From assembly GCA_030704615.1 (NCBI GenBank), contig CM060734.1:3968001-4032000 (forward strand): a stretch of 64,000 bases of DNA, read 5' to 3'. Of this stretch, positions 36,828 to 50,251 are shown piece after piece. Source of the DNA: Takakia lepidozioides. Lineage: Eukaryota; Plantae; Bryophyta. Every line of letters begins with the position of its first letter. Within the stretch, counting starts at the first letter, position 1. The notes beneath the pieces were generated by a model. That model did not search any database. It had not been told where the DNA came from and saw nothing but the letters and a program-made list of their open reading frames with translations. The position numbers were made by a program, and so were the translations under genes.

Positions 36828-38718
36828 TGAAGAGCAAGGATCTTCACACTGGTGAAGGCGGATTAGAGGGGGCACCAGCCCAAGAGATAGAAGAGGGACG
36901 AAACCGTAATGGCGGTTCCACTTGCCACAAGGAAACCTCACGATGATGTTTCCATAGCTCCTGCACAGGATGGGGTACATCAGCATAACGAGCTGTTATT
37001 ACTGGAAGCACGGCTATTAGAGAGGGAGGATGAAGTCACTTCAGTACCACGGCCAGCATAGCAAGCTGACCAAGTTGCCCCAGCGGTAACTTAGACTGGT
37101 CTTGCTGTTACACCAGAGCCTCTTACTGTGGAGAGAGAGGGATTGGACATCCCCACTACAGAGCAAGTAGTGGCAGAAATTGAGAAGGGCGATCTTCTCT
37201 ATGAAAACTCTGGTATGGTCGGAGACCCCATGGTACAAAAGATACAGAGTCTTCCCAAGAAAATCCCTGATGTGTAGGTTATGCCCAAACCTGTGTTAGA
37301 GGTTGAAGGGGTAAAGGGCAAGGGTACTGCAGCACCTGTGGAAGATGAGGTTGCTCAGGTACAAGATCCTGTGGGATCATGGCCTGATTGGTTTGTGAAA
37401 CACCAAACTGTTGAGAATCAGGAAGAACAGCAGCAGGTTTTCCATGAAGACCCACAGCAGGCCATGGTTATGAGTTCCATAAGCAGGATTCTCAACCTGT
37501 TGGGCACCTATTTCAAGACTCATGTTCCTTCCACTCAGTTGGCAGCATTGCGGGAAGAGCTCAAACAAGAGTTTGAGGCAAGAATTGTCATTGAGTGTGC
37601 AAACAAGGTGGATGTGGAGGCCAACCTAAGTTGCAGCAAGAATTGGAGGACACTCAAGCTGCTCTACAACTTGAGAATGAGAACTTAATCTAGGCATGTC
37701 TTGAGCAGGAGAAGTTACATGAGGTGCATAAGCAGCAGTTATACCAGATGCAAGTTCAGCATAAGGGGAATTTGCAAGAAGTGAAGTTGCTTCATACGGG
37801 ATTGGAAGCAACCAATCAGAAATTGGTCATAGAGTGTGCCACACTAACGACTAATTTGGAGATGGCTGCGATGGAGGTCAAGAAGCAAGCTGAGAGATGT
37901 ATATTGGCGGAGACAGAGGCAATGGAGCAGAGGAAACTCATTGCTGACATGAATGATATTCTCTGTCGCAATGAAAATACAATTCAACAGTTGCACCAGG
38001 TCAATGCCCAGGACAGGCAACTTTTAGAGTTGCAGCAAACGATCACAGTACGGGAGAATGCACTTTCTGTGAGCGAAAGGGCCTGGAAAGAAGCCAATAA
38101 TCTATCAGCTGCCTATGCAGCTCTGGTTGAGCCTCATGCGAAGCGAATGGAGAGTTTACAACAGCAGTTGGAAACATACAGGTTCAAGGAGGAGCAGGAT
38201 CTTTGTGGTGTTACACAGGACTTGGTGGATAATCATCTTTTGCAAGAGTGGTTAACACAAAGGCCAGTGGAAGGAAAAGCACTAAGGAAGCTGACTCAAG
38301 AGGAGATGAATGATCTCAAACGGGTGCAAAACATTGCCTTAACCACTATAGACAATGTCTATAGTCGGATAGCCGAGTTGCAGGAGGATGTGGAAGGGCT
38401 TCAGACTCAAGTGGATGAGTTGAGCTTCAACATTGAGAAGAGGGCCTTTGTTCCAGAGGAACAGCTCATGGCTACTTTCTTGCAGGCAAGGACTTTGATT
38501 TTTCAATCTTCACCACAGGAAGTACCGGCCTTGCCAACATCAGGAGGGAATATGGCAGCAACATCACAACAGCCACTCCAGATAGTCAGTGTTGATAACA
38601 TGACACAACAACAATCAGTGCCTGAGGTTTGGGGGGATGCTTCTTTTAACCCATCTACTACTGCTGCTGCATTTGAATACAATCGAGCTATGATTCTGCC
38701 TTTCAACCAAATTCCCAA
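36828..38718 (+). pseudogene. Second copy of the coiled-coil additional ORF, truncated by an LTR fragment
   Basis: High similarity to 1197-3100(-), e.g. AALREELKQEFEARI and AYAALVEPHAKRM. Confidence 0.7.
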
Positions 38719-38719
38719 G

Positions 38720-39075
38720 AGTAGCAACATGGAGAGGGTCACTTCTTGGAGCACTTCTTGGTCATCACGGGAGGAGATCAGGGGAGAGCACGAACTTGGA
38801 GCACAAGGATGGAGATTATACAGAGGAGGAGATACGATGAGATGACTCTTGATTCATGCAAGCTATAGAGATGCATTGTAGAACAGATTAGAGACACCAT
38901 GGCTTCGGCCTGATACTTGATAGATATTAATCTGATACATATTTCATACTCACACTGTGTAGAGAGACCTGAGTGAAGCTGTGGAATGAATGCTTGGGTA
39001 GATGGAACATGGAAGACTGCAGAAACAATCTGATATTTAATCATAGATAGTAAGGTAACTTGCTAACATGAATGA
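38720..39075 (+). repeat. LTR-like fragment, inverted copy of 50415-50770
   Basis: Direct nucleotide similarity. Confidence 0.75.
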
Positions 39076-39309
39076 GAGGATCCATAGCACTGAAGACACA
39101 GATGTTGTCGTGAATGAGGAGGAGGTGCGCCGAGGGATTGGTCTCCGCATCGGGCTGTGGCTAGAGTGGAGCAACCAGTGGACACACATGCGCGATTGAA
39201 GGAGAAGACTCAAGTGCAAGGCACCATGCGAGCTGCGGAGAAGGGGTCTTCCAGTGGTCCTCCCAAGCCGGTGAAGGTTCGTTTAAACTTGCCCATTCTC
39301 CACTGTGAG

Positions 39310-40148
39310 GGTTAGTTTGAAGCAGAGAGGAGGCGGAGTCCACAGTCTGCACTGCAAGGGGTTATATGAAGCAGAAAGAAATAGGCGGATTAAGGCATTG
39401 TTGACGACACCTTAATCTGGCCTGTCGTTTCCATGGTGTCACTGTTTCTTTGAAGCATAGAGGACCAGGCTGGTAGGGTCGAGAGTTTGAACTGTGAGGT
39501 AGTTTGAAGCAGATAAGAGGAGGCAGATTAAGGCATCGTTGACGATACCTTAATCTGGCCTGTCATTTCCAGTGTGAGGGTTTCTTTGAAGCAGAGAGGA
39601 ACAGGCTAAGGGGTCGAGCACTGTGAGGGGTTGTTTGAAGCAGAAGCAGGCGGATTAAGGCATTGTTGATGACAGCTGTCATTTCCGTTTTGAGGGTTTC
39701 TTTCAAGCATTGAGAAACAGGGAAGGTGGTCCAGAGTCTGCACTGTGAGGGTTGTCTGAAGCAAAAAAAGGGAGGTACATTAAGGCATCATTGACGACAG
39801 CCTAATGTGGCCTGTCATTTCTAGTGCGAGGGTTTCTTTGAAGTAGAGAGGAACAATGCTTAGGGGTGGAGAGTCTGCACAGTGAGGGGTTGTCTGAAAC
39901 AGAAAGAAGGACGCGGATTAAGGCATCGTTGACGACACCTTAATCTAGCCTGTCATTTCTGTTTTGAGGGTTTCTTTGAAGCCGAGAGAAACGGTCTAAG
40001 GGGTGCAGAGTCTCCACTGCGAGGGTTGTCTGAAGAAGAGAGAGGGAGGCATATTAAGGCATCGCTGACGACAGCTTAATCTAGGGTGTTATTTCCAGTG
40101 GTAGGGTTACTTTGAAGCAGAGAGGAAAAGGCAGATTAAGGCAACATT
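39310..40148. repeat. Degenerate tandem repeat, ~125-135-bp unit, ~6 copies
   Basis: Recurrent gattaaggcat..gacgacaccttaatctggcctgtcatttc..gagggtttctttgaagc. Confidence 0.85.
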
Positions 40149-40920
40149 CACTACAGAAAAAAGGGGGGGGGTTTAGTGACGCCACGGAAACGGCGCAGCC
40201 ACGCCGTGGCATCACTAAACGCCGCTTTTGAGGTAGGGGCGCAGGCGCCTTTTTGCAACACCCGGGCGTGGCATGGGCCGTCCCCGGGGCGTCACTAATC
40301 GGACATCGCGTAAATGCGAAGGATGGGGGTTGCAAGCCGCTACCCCCCTCCAGTGACGCCCCGCCGTTGCTTCTTGGCCGTCCATGGCGCTGGGGGGGGC
40401 CTCCTTGTAGCCACGCCCGGCCGTCGCTACCATCCCGACAACGGCGTTGGTTAGGGTGACGGCTCGGCGTGGCAACCATTTTTATTTATTTTTTCCATAC
40501 CGAACTAAAAAAACACCACGTGGCAAAGGGGGGTTAGGCTCAGGCACCCAGTGGCGTCGCTGCCAGACACGCCATGGCCTCGCATGGGGAGACCCCGTCG
40601 CCTCAGTGCAGTCGCCCAGTGCGACGCCGGGATGTGGTTACTTGCGACGCCCGGGGGTGGCTGGGTGCCTTTTTTTAACAAAAAACAAACAGGTGGGGGA
40701 GGCCTTGTGTTGGGCTCAGGGACACCGAGCGTCGCAGCTAGCCGCCCCCGAACGTCGCACAGAAGAAAAACCTGTCGCACGGGGGGGTCTGGCTTTGCCA
40801 CTGCGTTGCTGTTAGCCACGCCCAGCCATGGCTAGTTGTGACCCCCATCCGTGGCAAGCCTAAAAACCCGTTGCAAGGGCGCTGGCCCAAGTGACGCCTT
40901 GGGGTGGCAATGCGGGTGGG
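40149..40920. mobile_element. CACTA/EnSpm terminus with GC-rich subterminal repeats
   Basis: CACTACAGAAAAAA at 40149, then many gtgacgcc/ggcgtc/cgtggc motifs in both orientations; partner end not found. Confidence 0.7.
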
Positions 40921-41939
40921 GGGGGGGGGGTTCATTTTGGGGGGGTGAATTGGGGGTGATTTAGGGTTTTTCCCTGCTTTCTTTCTTGGGTGTTGGAAGA
41001 CATTAGAGCTTCCATTGCTCTGATTTAACAAGTACTCAATTTTGTTTATTGCATTGGTTCAAGCAAGCATGAATTGAGGGTGAGGCCAGTGCGACACATG
41101 AATAAGATGGAAGATGAAAATATATGTACAAATGGAAATATATTTACAAGAAATGAGCTGAATTCTTTGCTCACAAGGGTTCAGTAGACTAACCCTGGGA
41201 CCTACACGGACTAGGACTACTCATCCTCATCCTCATCCTCATCGTCAGAGGAGGAGTCTTAGCTATCCGATGAGCCTGATGACTCCGCGCCCTTCGCCTG
41301 AGCACGTAAACCAGGCGGCATTCCCCTAACTCCCACAAAGCTCTCATCCAATCCCTGGCCATAACCCCCCCCCCCCTCAGCCATACAAGTGCCTTGTAGT
41401 GCACTCATCCCCTCCGTCTTGGCCATGTTGGTCATGAGGGATTGCCAACCATGCTCCTTGGCGTAGTCGTACTCTACCGGAGATGGCAACCTCTCAAACG
41501 TGGTTTCCTACACATGCCACAAATTAAAGTCAGTTTCTCACGATGAAGTACCAGCTCGTTTTGAGGAAATTCTTGAAGATGAAAGAAAAAATCATGCTTC
41601 CAAGGTACTGTTGCTACCGCTGGGTCGTTTTGGCTGTCATTGTAATTTTAGTGTTAATTTTTTACTGTAATCACTGGTCTATGTCTCACATTGTTTTTAA
41701 TTTGCTTTATAGGATAATGTGGGGGATGTGGCATTGGCTGAGGAGTCTCCTGACTGGAACTCTAAGTTTGAAGGAGAAGGAGAACCCACAACAAGTGAGA
41801 GTTTAGAGGAAAACTTTGCAGAGAAACTAGTGGAGCGTGGGAAAAGAAAGATTGCAACACCAGTAAGCTTCAAGAAGAATGCTACCGCTCGGACTGCCTC
41901 TAAGTTGGAGTCAGGTTCTAGCACTGCAATGTCTGGATC

Positions 41940-42582
41940 AATGATTGATAATACTGATCCACGCAAACCATGTCCCTGCCTTCTTCACGTGAGCTTGTAA
42001 CAAAGGCAAATGTTCTCCAGAGATCACCCTTTGCATTGCTCTATCTGTGATATACTTGTCTGAACGATTGTACCTGCCTCATACCAATCAAGTTAATTCT
42101 AAGAAGGTAGGAGCTCGAATGTTAGTTCTGCAATATATCTCATAATTATAATTAAAGCATGATAGTGCACACTCACTTTGTATAGGATTTGTGGTCTCGA
42201 TGACCAGTAACTTGCATACCAAACTCCACTGGAACTCCTGCCCCATCCATCCTTGTCACACCAATTCCACGTCCAGTTTTATTTGTGATTAGTTTCTGGA
42301 GGTGCAAACCTGCTGCCATTTTTGCAATGTAGTTCCGCAACGTATTCTTTCCAATAGAGGTCTTTCCAAACCATACAGGTCTTTCTTTCCACTTAGAAAG
42401 AGGAATCAGAAATAGGGGGTGTGGAGGAGGTTCCGAGTCAGTCCAGATAGGGCGTTTAGCCATCAAAGCCTAGTAGGTATCAATAATATCTTTGATATGA
42501 CATACCACAGGAGGTCGGAAACTCTCAGCTGAGCATCTTTGTACATCAACCTTCCAGTTTTTAGAAGATCCTTGAGAATAGC
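41940..42582 (-). pseudogene. Crypton/DUF3504-like tyrosine recombinase, C-terminal exons
   Basis: SSKNWK; WFGKTSIGKNTL; ITNKTGR..TRM..GVP; TGHRDHKSYTK|YNR after intron 42176-42074; one stop. Confidence 0.8.
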
Positions 42583-42708
42583 TACATAACAATGCAACAA
42601 ATACACTTCAGACATGATACATGTCTTTCAAGATAAGATGGTTGAAAGGACACTGCAAACATGTCAACGTAGCACATGACAAAATAACGCCTGAGATGGT
42701 TTAATACC

Positions 42709-45700
42709 TAAGAAGAGAAGAAGACTCCAGCCAAAACCGGCGTAACTAAGAGCCACTTTGCCTTGCGGCTACTGCCCCTTTTCAGGGGTGGGCCCTATGT
42801 AAAAATCAAGGCCCAGGGGAAACCCTAGGGCAGATGAGGAGAACGGTCATCAGTGGTGAAGGGGTCCCGCTTGGTACCCATGCCATGGGTACCAGTGGTA
42901 CCCAGCGGTGCTTCAGGCATCTAGGAGGTGGGAGGGAGACCGGATTCGAGTTGTTGTTTGTTGGTGATGATTGCAGTGAGGGATCTAAGCGCGGTGAGGT
43001 GTATGGCTTTGAAACATTTATGGATAGAGGTGATAGGGATTTGAAAATTGTTTTGAAGAGCAGAGATGTTGGCATTATGGATGCCTCCTCTGGTGCCCGC
43101 AGTTATGACAGTGAGTGGGCCCGTGCACCACCCCCGTCGGCGGATGGCAAGGATTAATGGTGCGTATATTTCTAGAGTGGAGGAGCTAGGAAAGCAGTCG
43201 TGGCAGTATGTGAATTCTATAAAATATATGGTGATGCTTGACGATGGTGCAGGGGGGGGGGGGGGGGGTGTGTGATAACGGCTATGCTACGAGGGACAGA
43301 CAACGAGGGTCACAACGGGACATACCGGGTAGTGATGGACGTACACTACCTGAGCCACAGGCAGAGACGACTAAGTACGCGGTACTTAGCCAATGGCGGG
43401 ACAAGGGTACATTACCACGAGAGCAGTAGTGGGTAGTGTAGTAACCGTGAGCCGTGAACCACGATATCACACGGCCACGTTAGCATTGGGTTTAACCAAT
43501 AGAGGGAGTAGTGGACCTTTACCACTATGGCTCACGACCACTGCAACGAGCCACTTTTTTTAGCAAACCTTTTAGGTTGTGTAGGCAGTTAGCCAAACGG
43601 TCATTAACGACCGCAGGCTGTAACGGCTCTTTCGAGCATAGTATAAAAAAACTGCACGCAACTTAGAGGGTGGGCAATATGAGTATCAGGGATCAGTGTG
43701 TACTTCTGTGATGATGTGACGAGCTCTGAAGTAAAGCCATGCTATTCGAAGTATCTCTGTGTAGAGTGAATGTGAGATGGAGAGAATGTGCATTATGAGA
43801 GAACGTGAGATGGTGAGAATGTGTATCATCTCAGAATAGTTCTTGTTTTGTCTTGACTACCCTCTGTTTGTATGAACCAAGAGGCCTCAGTTCTTTTGAC
43901 TAAAATCTTTTATATTAAGAGACTGTAGATTGGGCTTAATCAATAGGATTAAGCAGCCTACAGGGATATTGTTTCATATGACGTTCATGGTTTAGCTATC
44001 CTTAAAACGATTACTTCGTAATCGTTTCTGAAAGCATACCGTCGGACAACCTCTGTTGCATGTCTTAGGAAATGGGCAGTAGTGTCGATAGTCTGTTTTG
44101 TCTAAGTCATAAACCAGCGGTTAACAGGTGGGGGGGGGGGTGGGAAACGGGGAGGCCCTGGACGAGAAGAATGTCCGGGTATAGTCTAGCGGGACATGTG
44201 TAGGACGGACGAGGATGACATATACAAGGCATGAGCCAAGTAGGGACTGTATGGTCTGGCGGCCGACCCTGGTAGGTGCCGGCATTGATGAGTGTTAACC
44301 ATCTAGTTGCATTATGTCATAAGAGGAGTTTGTGGATGTGCCATACGGCGTGGTTATGACGGGCAATTCACAACCCGTGGATGACAGGGTGTGGACATTC
44401 GCTGAGAAGATGAGGCCAGGTATCACGTTTAGCGTGAAGGTGGGAGCAGAGTGGGTAGTGTGGGGATGGAAATAGGGTTGGCCAGAAGGTATGCTTGCGT
44501 TGATGGCCCATATTGGGCGTATCTAAATTTAAGTGTTTGTTTTATTTGTGCATCAGATGCGGCTTTGGAATTCCAGAAGTGTTTGATAATTTATGGTGCA
44601 GGACATTGGAGAGGGTCCATTTTTGGATATGAAGTTTGGTATGGTTGAGAGAGGCTAAGGCTTGTTTGTTGGCTTCTTTAGTGAGGGTTTTAAGGAGGTT
44701 GCGGATTGGACGGGATGATGGAGGGTCAGGTACCGGGTGGATCATCCAAAAAGGGTGTGTATGAGCGACGTGAATGGGGTTGGCCGATGGTTCAACAGAG
44801 GGTTTAGAGGCCCCCAGCTAGGCTAGGAGGTCTGCCTCCTCGTTGCCAGTACTACCAGTATGCGATCGTACCTTGAGAAAGTGGATGGGTTTGTCGATGG
44901 TAATTGCTAGTTTGATAATAGCAGAGAGAAGGTTGCGATCGGGGTGGTGGTGGTGGGAGGAGGGGCAGACCATGTGGTTACAAAGTAAAAAGAGAGAATT
45001 GAGGCTATCCGTAAAAATGTAGTACGGTGGTGGGAAGAGGGCTAATTGTGATAGGGCTTCAAAGATGGCCATAAGCTCGGCCCGGAGGATGGTGGCAGGT
45101 CCAGGAAGCCGATGGGCCGTTCCTTTGTTGGTGGCGGCATGGTAGACGCCATATCCGGCAAGGGAGCCAGATTGGGAGCCATCTGTGTAGTGTGAGTGGA
45201 GTGGGGGGTATTTGGGGGAGGTAGGCCCCAGGTAGACAGGTGGGGCGGTATGCGGGGTTACAGTAGGGGGGGTGCGAGGGCGGGGTGGGATTTTGTTCCA
45301 TATTGTGTTAATTTGTTGCTTATACGATGGTCTGGTGGAGGAGTAGCGGCCCGGTGGGAGTGGGTAGGTGGTGAATACCATGTCATGAGTATCAGATAAA
45401 AGATGTTTAAGGCGCGTGGAGAAGTCTGGAGGTATAAGGGTGTGGGGGTCATTATGGACTAGCAGAAGTAGTGTCAAAGTGGGTTCTTTGTGTCGCAGGT
45501 ATTTAGGGAAAAGTAGGTTACGCATGTAGCAAAGTTGGTTGGGTTCAATGGCGGCTAATGTTGTTACCCCGGGGGGGAGTTGGAGCAGGGGGTGTTGTTG
45601 GTCAGGTGACCTTTGTTCAGTGAGAATGACGGATAGTGGCGGAGGAGGGGGAGGAGCAGGCAGCACGGCGTACCCATTGGAGGGCCTCGTGTGTGAGGGG

Positions 45701-48700
45701 TCCAGGTGGCGGGTGGGCAAGGCCATGGCCTGACCATGTGTGATGAGTCGCGGCGCCAAGGGCCCTGAAGACGCAGTCTCTAGGATATGGGCTGTCATAG
45801 GAAGAGAGTTCAAGGGGGCATGTGAGTGGGCTTGAGTAGTATGAGTGGGTGATCTGGAATGAGGTGATAAAAAATTTGAGGATGTCCGCCGGGACAATGC
45901 TATGGACATAGGCTTGAGCGAGTTTGTCGGGGGTGTGGGGTTTATTAGTGGGGGTGTTGCATATGTATCTATCGAGTAGCCAGCAGACTTCAGTGGCGAA
46001 GTCTTGTCTAGGGGGTTGTAGCTGGCTAGTGTAGGTGATGGAGACGGTATATCGCTCCCAAAGCCGGGCGATCCTCGTATGAGAGATTGACCCTACATAG
46101 TGTCCAAGGAGTGTATATATGCTAGTTACGGAGCAGCTAGGGCAAATGACAGGGTGAGTTTGGTCAATGTCTTTGTCGGGGTTACATTCCGAAATTGTTA
46201 TACGAATTTTTTGGGCGACAAGTGGGGTGTGGATGTATTGGTCGTCCCTTGATTGGGTTTGGGAAACATGGTGTTAGTGGATGTGTGGTAGGTATTTGGT
46301 ATTAGTTGTTTTGTGGAATGTAGTGAGGAGAGTGCGGTTGTGAGCAGGGTCACGGTCTTCATGGTTCCCGAAGAGGTTATCTTCTATTTGCCACGTGTTG
46401 TCTTCAATGGGGAAGTCAGCCCATTTACATAGATAGTATGTATCAACACATGTGGTGCCAAAGGCGTCTAGCTAGGTTTGGGTTTTAATGCCATGGATAA
46501 CCTCTATAACGGAGGCCTCTGGATGATCTGGGTTTGTTGAGTGGGGGTTGGGCATTGGAGCGGTATGATTTGGGGGGCTGGGGGGGGTAGATTGGCTTTG
46601 AATAGGTGTTGTGAGCAGAGAGGGAGTGACAAGGGGGGTGTTTGGTGAGAGCTGTTCCTGGGTGTTATGAGAGGCTCTTAGCTGCTGGAGTCTTGAGGTA
46701 GCTGGTGTTGTTCTGAATTCTGGGAGGAGGTCTTGTTGGTTGTGAGGGAAGAGTGAACATGGGAAGTCGCATTCTAGGGTACAGGAGGCCGTTGGGTGGC
46801 AGAATAGGGAGCGGAGGTGTAGCAGATATTTGCATGTTTTGATGGTGGCCCGAGAATGTGTCAGGGTAAATTGCTTGGGGGTTATGAGTCGCACACCCGT
46901 GGCAGTGGTAAGTTGGGTGAGGCTAGAGATGCTACGTGCTTTGAAGTATGCCAGAATGGTTTTTTTTTTTGTCGTGGATGAGAGTTTTCAAATTTTGTAA
47001 GGAAAGGGCTGTGAAGCCATGCAAGTTCAAGTTGGGAAATTGTGTTGGGGAAGCCTGGTAAGTCAGTTTGTATACTGGTCTTCATTTGTCGTAAAATGAG
47101 CAGTGTGCGGGTGGTTGGGGAGTGAAGATAGGATTGGGGATGGAGGGTGGGGAGGGAATACAGTCCATTGTATTTACCTGCCAGGTGTTTGAGGAGGCCT
47201 TTGAAGATGAGCCCTAAGCGACCAGGGTCATTCAGGGCTTCTTGTAGCTGTGAGCCAAGGGTACGGGCGTATGAGATGATAAGGGCCTATGCCGTAGCTG
47301 TCTTGTGGGAGCTGGGTAAGAGCATTTGGGGTGCTAGTGGGTAGGCCACATATGCGTTTGGTGAGTTGAACAATATTTTTATCAATTTATTTGATGTCTG
47401 GTAGAGAGAAGGGGGCTGCGTGGAAGGCGTATTAGACTTGGGGTTTGAGGAATGTGTTGATGATAGCTAGTTTGGGGCGGATGGAGACCGGAGCTTTGAG
47501 GAGGGCCAAGCTTTTGTTGGTTAGTTTAGAGAGTGTTGTGGATTTTTGTGTCTTCCATGTGAGTGAGGGGACTAACTGGATGTCCAAGTAGGTGTAAAGC
47601 TCGTCTGGGCCTAAGAAGGGGAAGGGTTTTTGTTGATAATGTATGTGAAGTTTGCAGTGGGAGGCTATTGTGGATTTTGTGAGTTTACTGTAATGTGTGG
47701 CGGCGGTGACCGCACATTTGTGGAGGCTGAGCTCCATGCCAGACCACTGGTTAAAGCGGGATAGCTTGTCTACCTGGCGGTTGAGATGTTGAGGTTTGTG
47801 TGCTAGTATGGCAAGGTCGTCGTCTACATAGGCCGCAACGGTGATTTCATTGGAAGAGGTTTTGTACTAATATCCTAGGTTACCACAGGCGAGCCATCTG
47901 AGCAGGGGTTCGAGAAATATGATGAATAGGTAGGGGCTCAGAGTGTCTCCTTGAATGGTTCCACGGAGTATGGGGATAGGAGGAGTGGAACCGTAGTAAG
48001 AACCTGCATATTCTGTGGTACTGTTGGTGTATATGTTACCAATGAGTTGAATAACATCTGTAGGGTATCCTAGATCCGTCATGATGGCGAGCAGGCTGGG
48101 ATGGTCTAGGGAGCCAAAGGCATTTTTGAAGTTGATGTAGAGGAGATGTCTTGTTTGGTAAGTTTTGCGTCCTCCAAGGCCGATAAGACATATTGTATTT
48201 GTCTGGTGGTGCTTTGCATAACGCAAAAACCTTCTTGTGGGTCACTGAGGATCCGGTGTTGTTCCCCATAGGTAGATAGCATTATTGTCAGAGTGCTAGT
48301 GAATAGTTTGTATAAAGTGTTTGCTAGCGCGATAGGCCTGTAGTTACTAAGGTCCGTGGGGTCACCTTTTTTGAATAGTAGAATGGTCCGGCTATGCTTC
48401 CAAGAGTGCGGGATACGGTGGAACTGGTAGCATAGCTGGAAAAATTTAAAGAGGAGGTCATGGAATTGAGGGTCAAGTGCTTGAAGTATGGCATTAGGTA
48501 TAAGATCTGGGCCAGGCGCCTTGGCTTTGGATAGGTTTTTGAGGCATGAGTCGTACAGATCTTTTGTGAAGAGGTTCAATATACGGTCTGTAGGGGGGCC
48601 TTGTTTTTCCAGGGAGAAGCCATCGAGATCGTGCCATGGATAGTGCTTGACTTTGCATAAGCAAGTGGGAGCGTGTTGGCTTGGGTGTAGACAGTTAGAG

Positions 48701-50251
48701 ACTGTGGGTGTGTATGAAGACAATGCCTGCAACCAGATTTTGTCCCTAATGTCATCTGGTTTGGTTAATAGGTGGCCTAGTCTATGTTTAAGGTAGTCGA
48801 TGGGAGGGTTAATCGTAGGGTTGAAGATGGCTTTATGGGCTCGTTTAGGGTGTTCATGTAATAATTTGCCGAAAGAGGCGACGAATTTTTTGTGATTAGC
48901 AGTGGCTTTTTCTTTTGTGATAAGGTATGCTACTTTTTTTTGTGTTGCGACCGATTTTGGATAGGGAGGCAAGCCATTGGGGGAGAGAAGGGGCGTCCGT
49001 AGGTGGGGGTAGGAGTGGTTGGCATACTTCTAGGGTATTTAAACATGTTATGCGGGGGTCAGTTCTCCAGTTGTTGTATGCCGGGGATGGGGAGTGGGGT
49101 ATGACGGCGAGGGCCCGTCAAATGGTGTGGTAAATATTGAGGTGGGAGGACCATGCCCGTTTTTGGGTTCTTGTGAGGTACCCTCCATTTTGTTTTGATC
49201 AAGCGGTTTGTGGGAGGTCTGGGGGGGCTGAGCATGTGACTAAGACACTTTTAGTCATGTCTAGCATCGTGGATGAGAGAGTAATCTCGGCCTCGGTCCA
49301 TGCAGTCTCGGGAGATAAGAGTGTATTAGTGTCAGAGAGAATAGAGGAGGTTTTGTGTATGAAGCAAAGGAGGCGGCATGGAAGTGTTCTTGGAAGGCCC
49401 TAATATTGTTTTGTGGGATGGGTGAGAGAATTCTGGGTTGAGGGGGTGGTATGCATGTACATCTGGATAGGTCGGGATGGGATAAGAGATGGGGGGAGAG
49501 AGATATAGATCGGGTAGTGATCGGAGTTGCATAGGCTATTGATATGAACGTGGCTGTGGAGGTATGTAGGGATTTTATTACTAGATCTGAGGTAGAAGCC
49601 ATCAAGTAGGCTTAGGGAGGAATAGTGAAGACCCCCTTGTCGAGAGTAGTGATAATCGGCAGAGATATATTTAAGTTTGAGAAGCTGAGTGAATTTGGCC
49701 CATTCGTGGTCTAGGGCCGAGGGGGGTTTGTGAGTACCATTGTATGAGTGACCTAATAGTGCAATGTCCATGTTAAAGTCCCCTGCTAGGATGACATGAT
49801 GGTGTTGGTGATCTGGGTGGGTGACTGTCTGGGAGATAGTGTGTAGTATTTCTGGTATGAGGGGGAGGTCATCGGCATGAGAGGGCATATATAAGTGTAT
49901 GAGGGTGATGGGGCATAGTGCTGGTGGGTGTAGTTGGATAATTTGTAGGTGTGAACGGATGGGGATAGGGACTGTGATTTTGGTAGTAGTGCTAGGTGAG
50001 TGGTGTGTGCAGAGGATGCACAATGTAACACCGCCCCCGGTGGGCTTATAGGGTGCGGAACGGCGTGAGAGGCATTGCTGGGAAGTTAGAGGGTTACCAT
50101 ACAATAGATGATAATCGGGAAGTAATTTATTTATGTAAGAACTGCTAGTGTTATAGGTGTGCAATTTGGTTTCCTGTAGGAGGAAGACATGCGGTTGTGA
50201 GGTGTTAGAGAAGAGGTGAAGTAGACTTTGGATACTGGTAGCCATGGCGCC
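42709..50251 (-). mobile_element. Dualen/RandI-type non-LTR retrotransposon: APE-RT-chromodomain-RNaseH-zinc knuckle-RLE, degenerate, 5'-truncated
   Basis: APE (LQETKL, AGDFN, SDHYPI); RT (APGPD, NYRPIAL, GTIQGDTLSP, YVDDL); RNase H (YTDGS, RAELMAI, TDS, NEEAD); PLC..HLLSEC..ARHN; PDILLV..FIEFTYCHD..GW..TAGTRG; CTT-rich tail. Confidence 0.88.
43271..44126. mobile_element. Solo LTR inserted in the RLE domain of the LINE
   Basis: TG..CA ends; imperfect terminal repeats TGATAACGGCT / AGCGGTTAACA; GGTG on both sides; RLE coding sequence resumes across it. Confidence 0.75.

Noticed and set aside
36004-36986. Long ORFs across the gap
   Set aside because: Made of N-derived X residues
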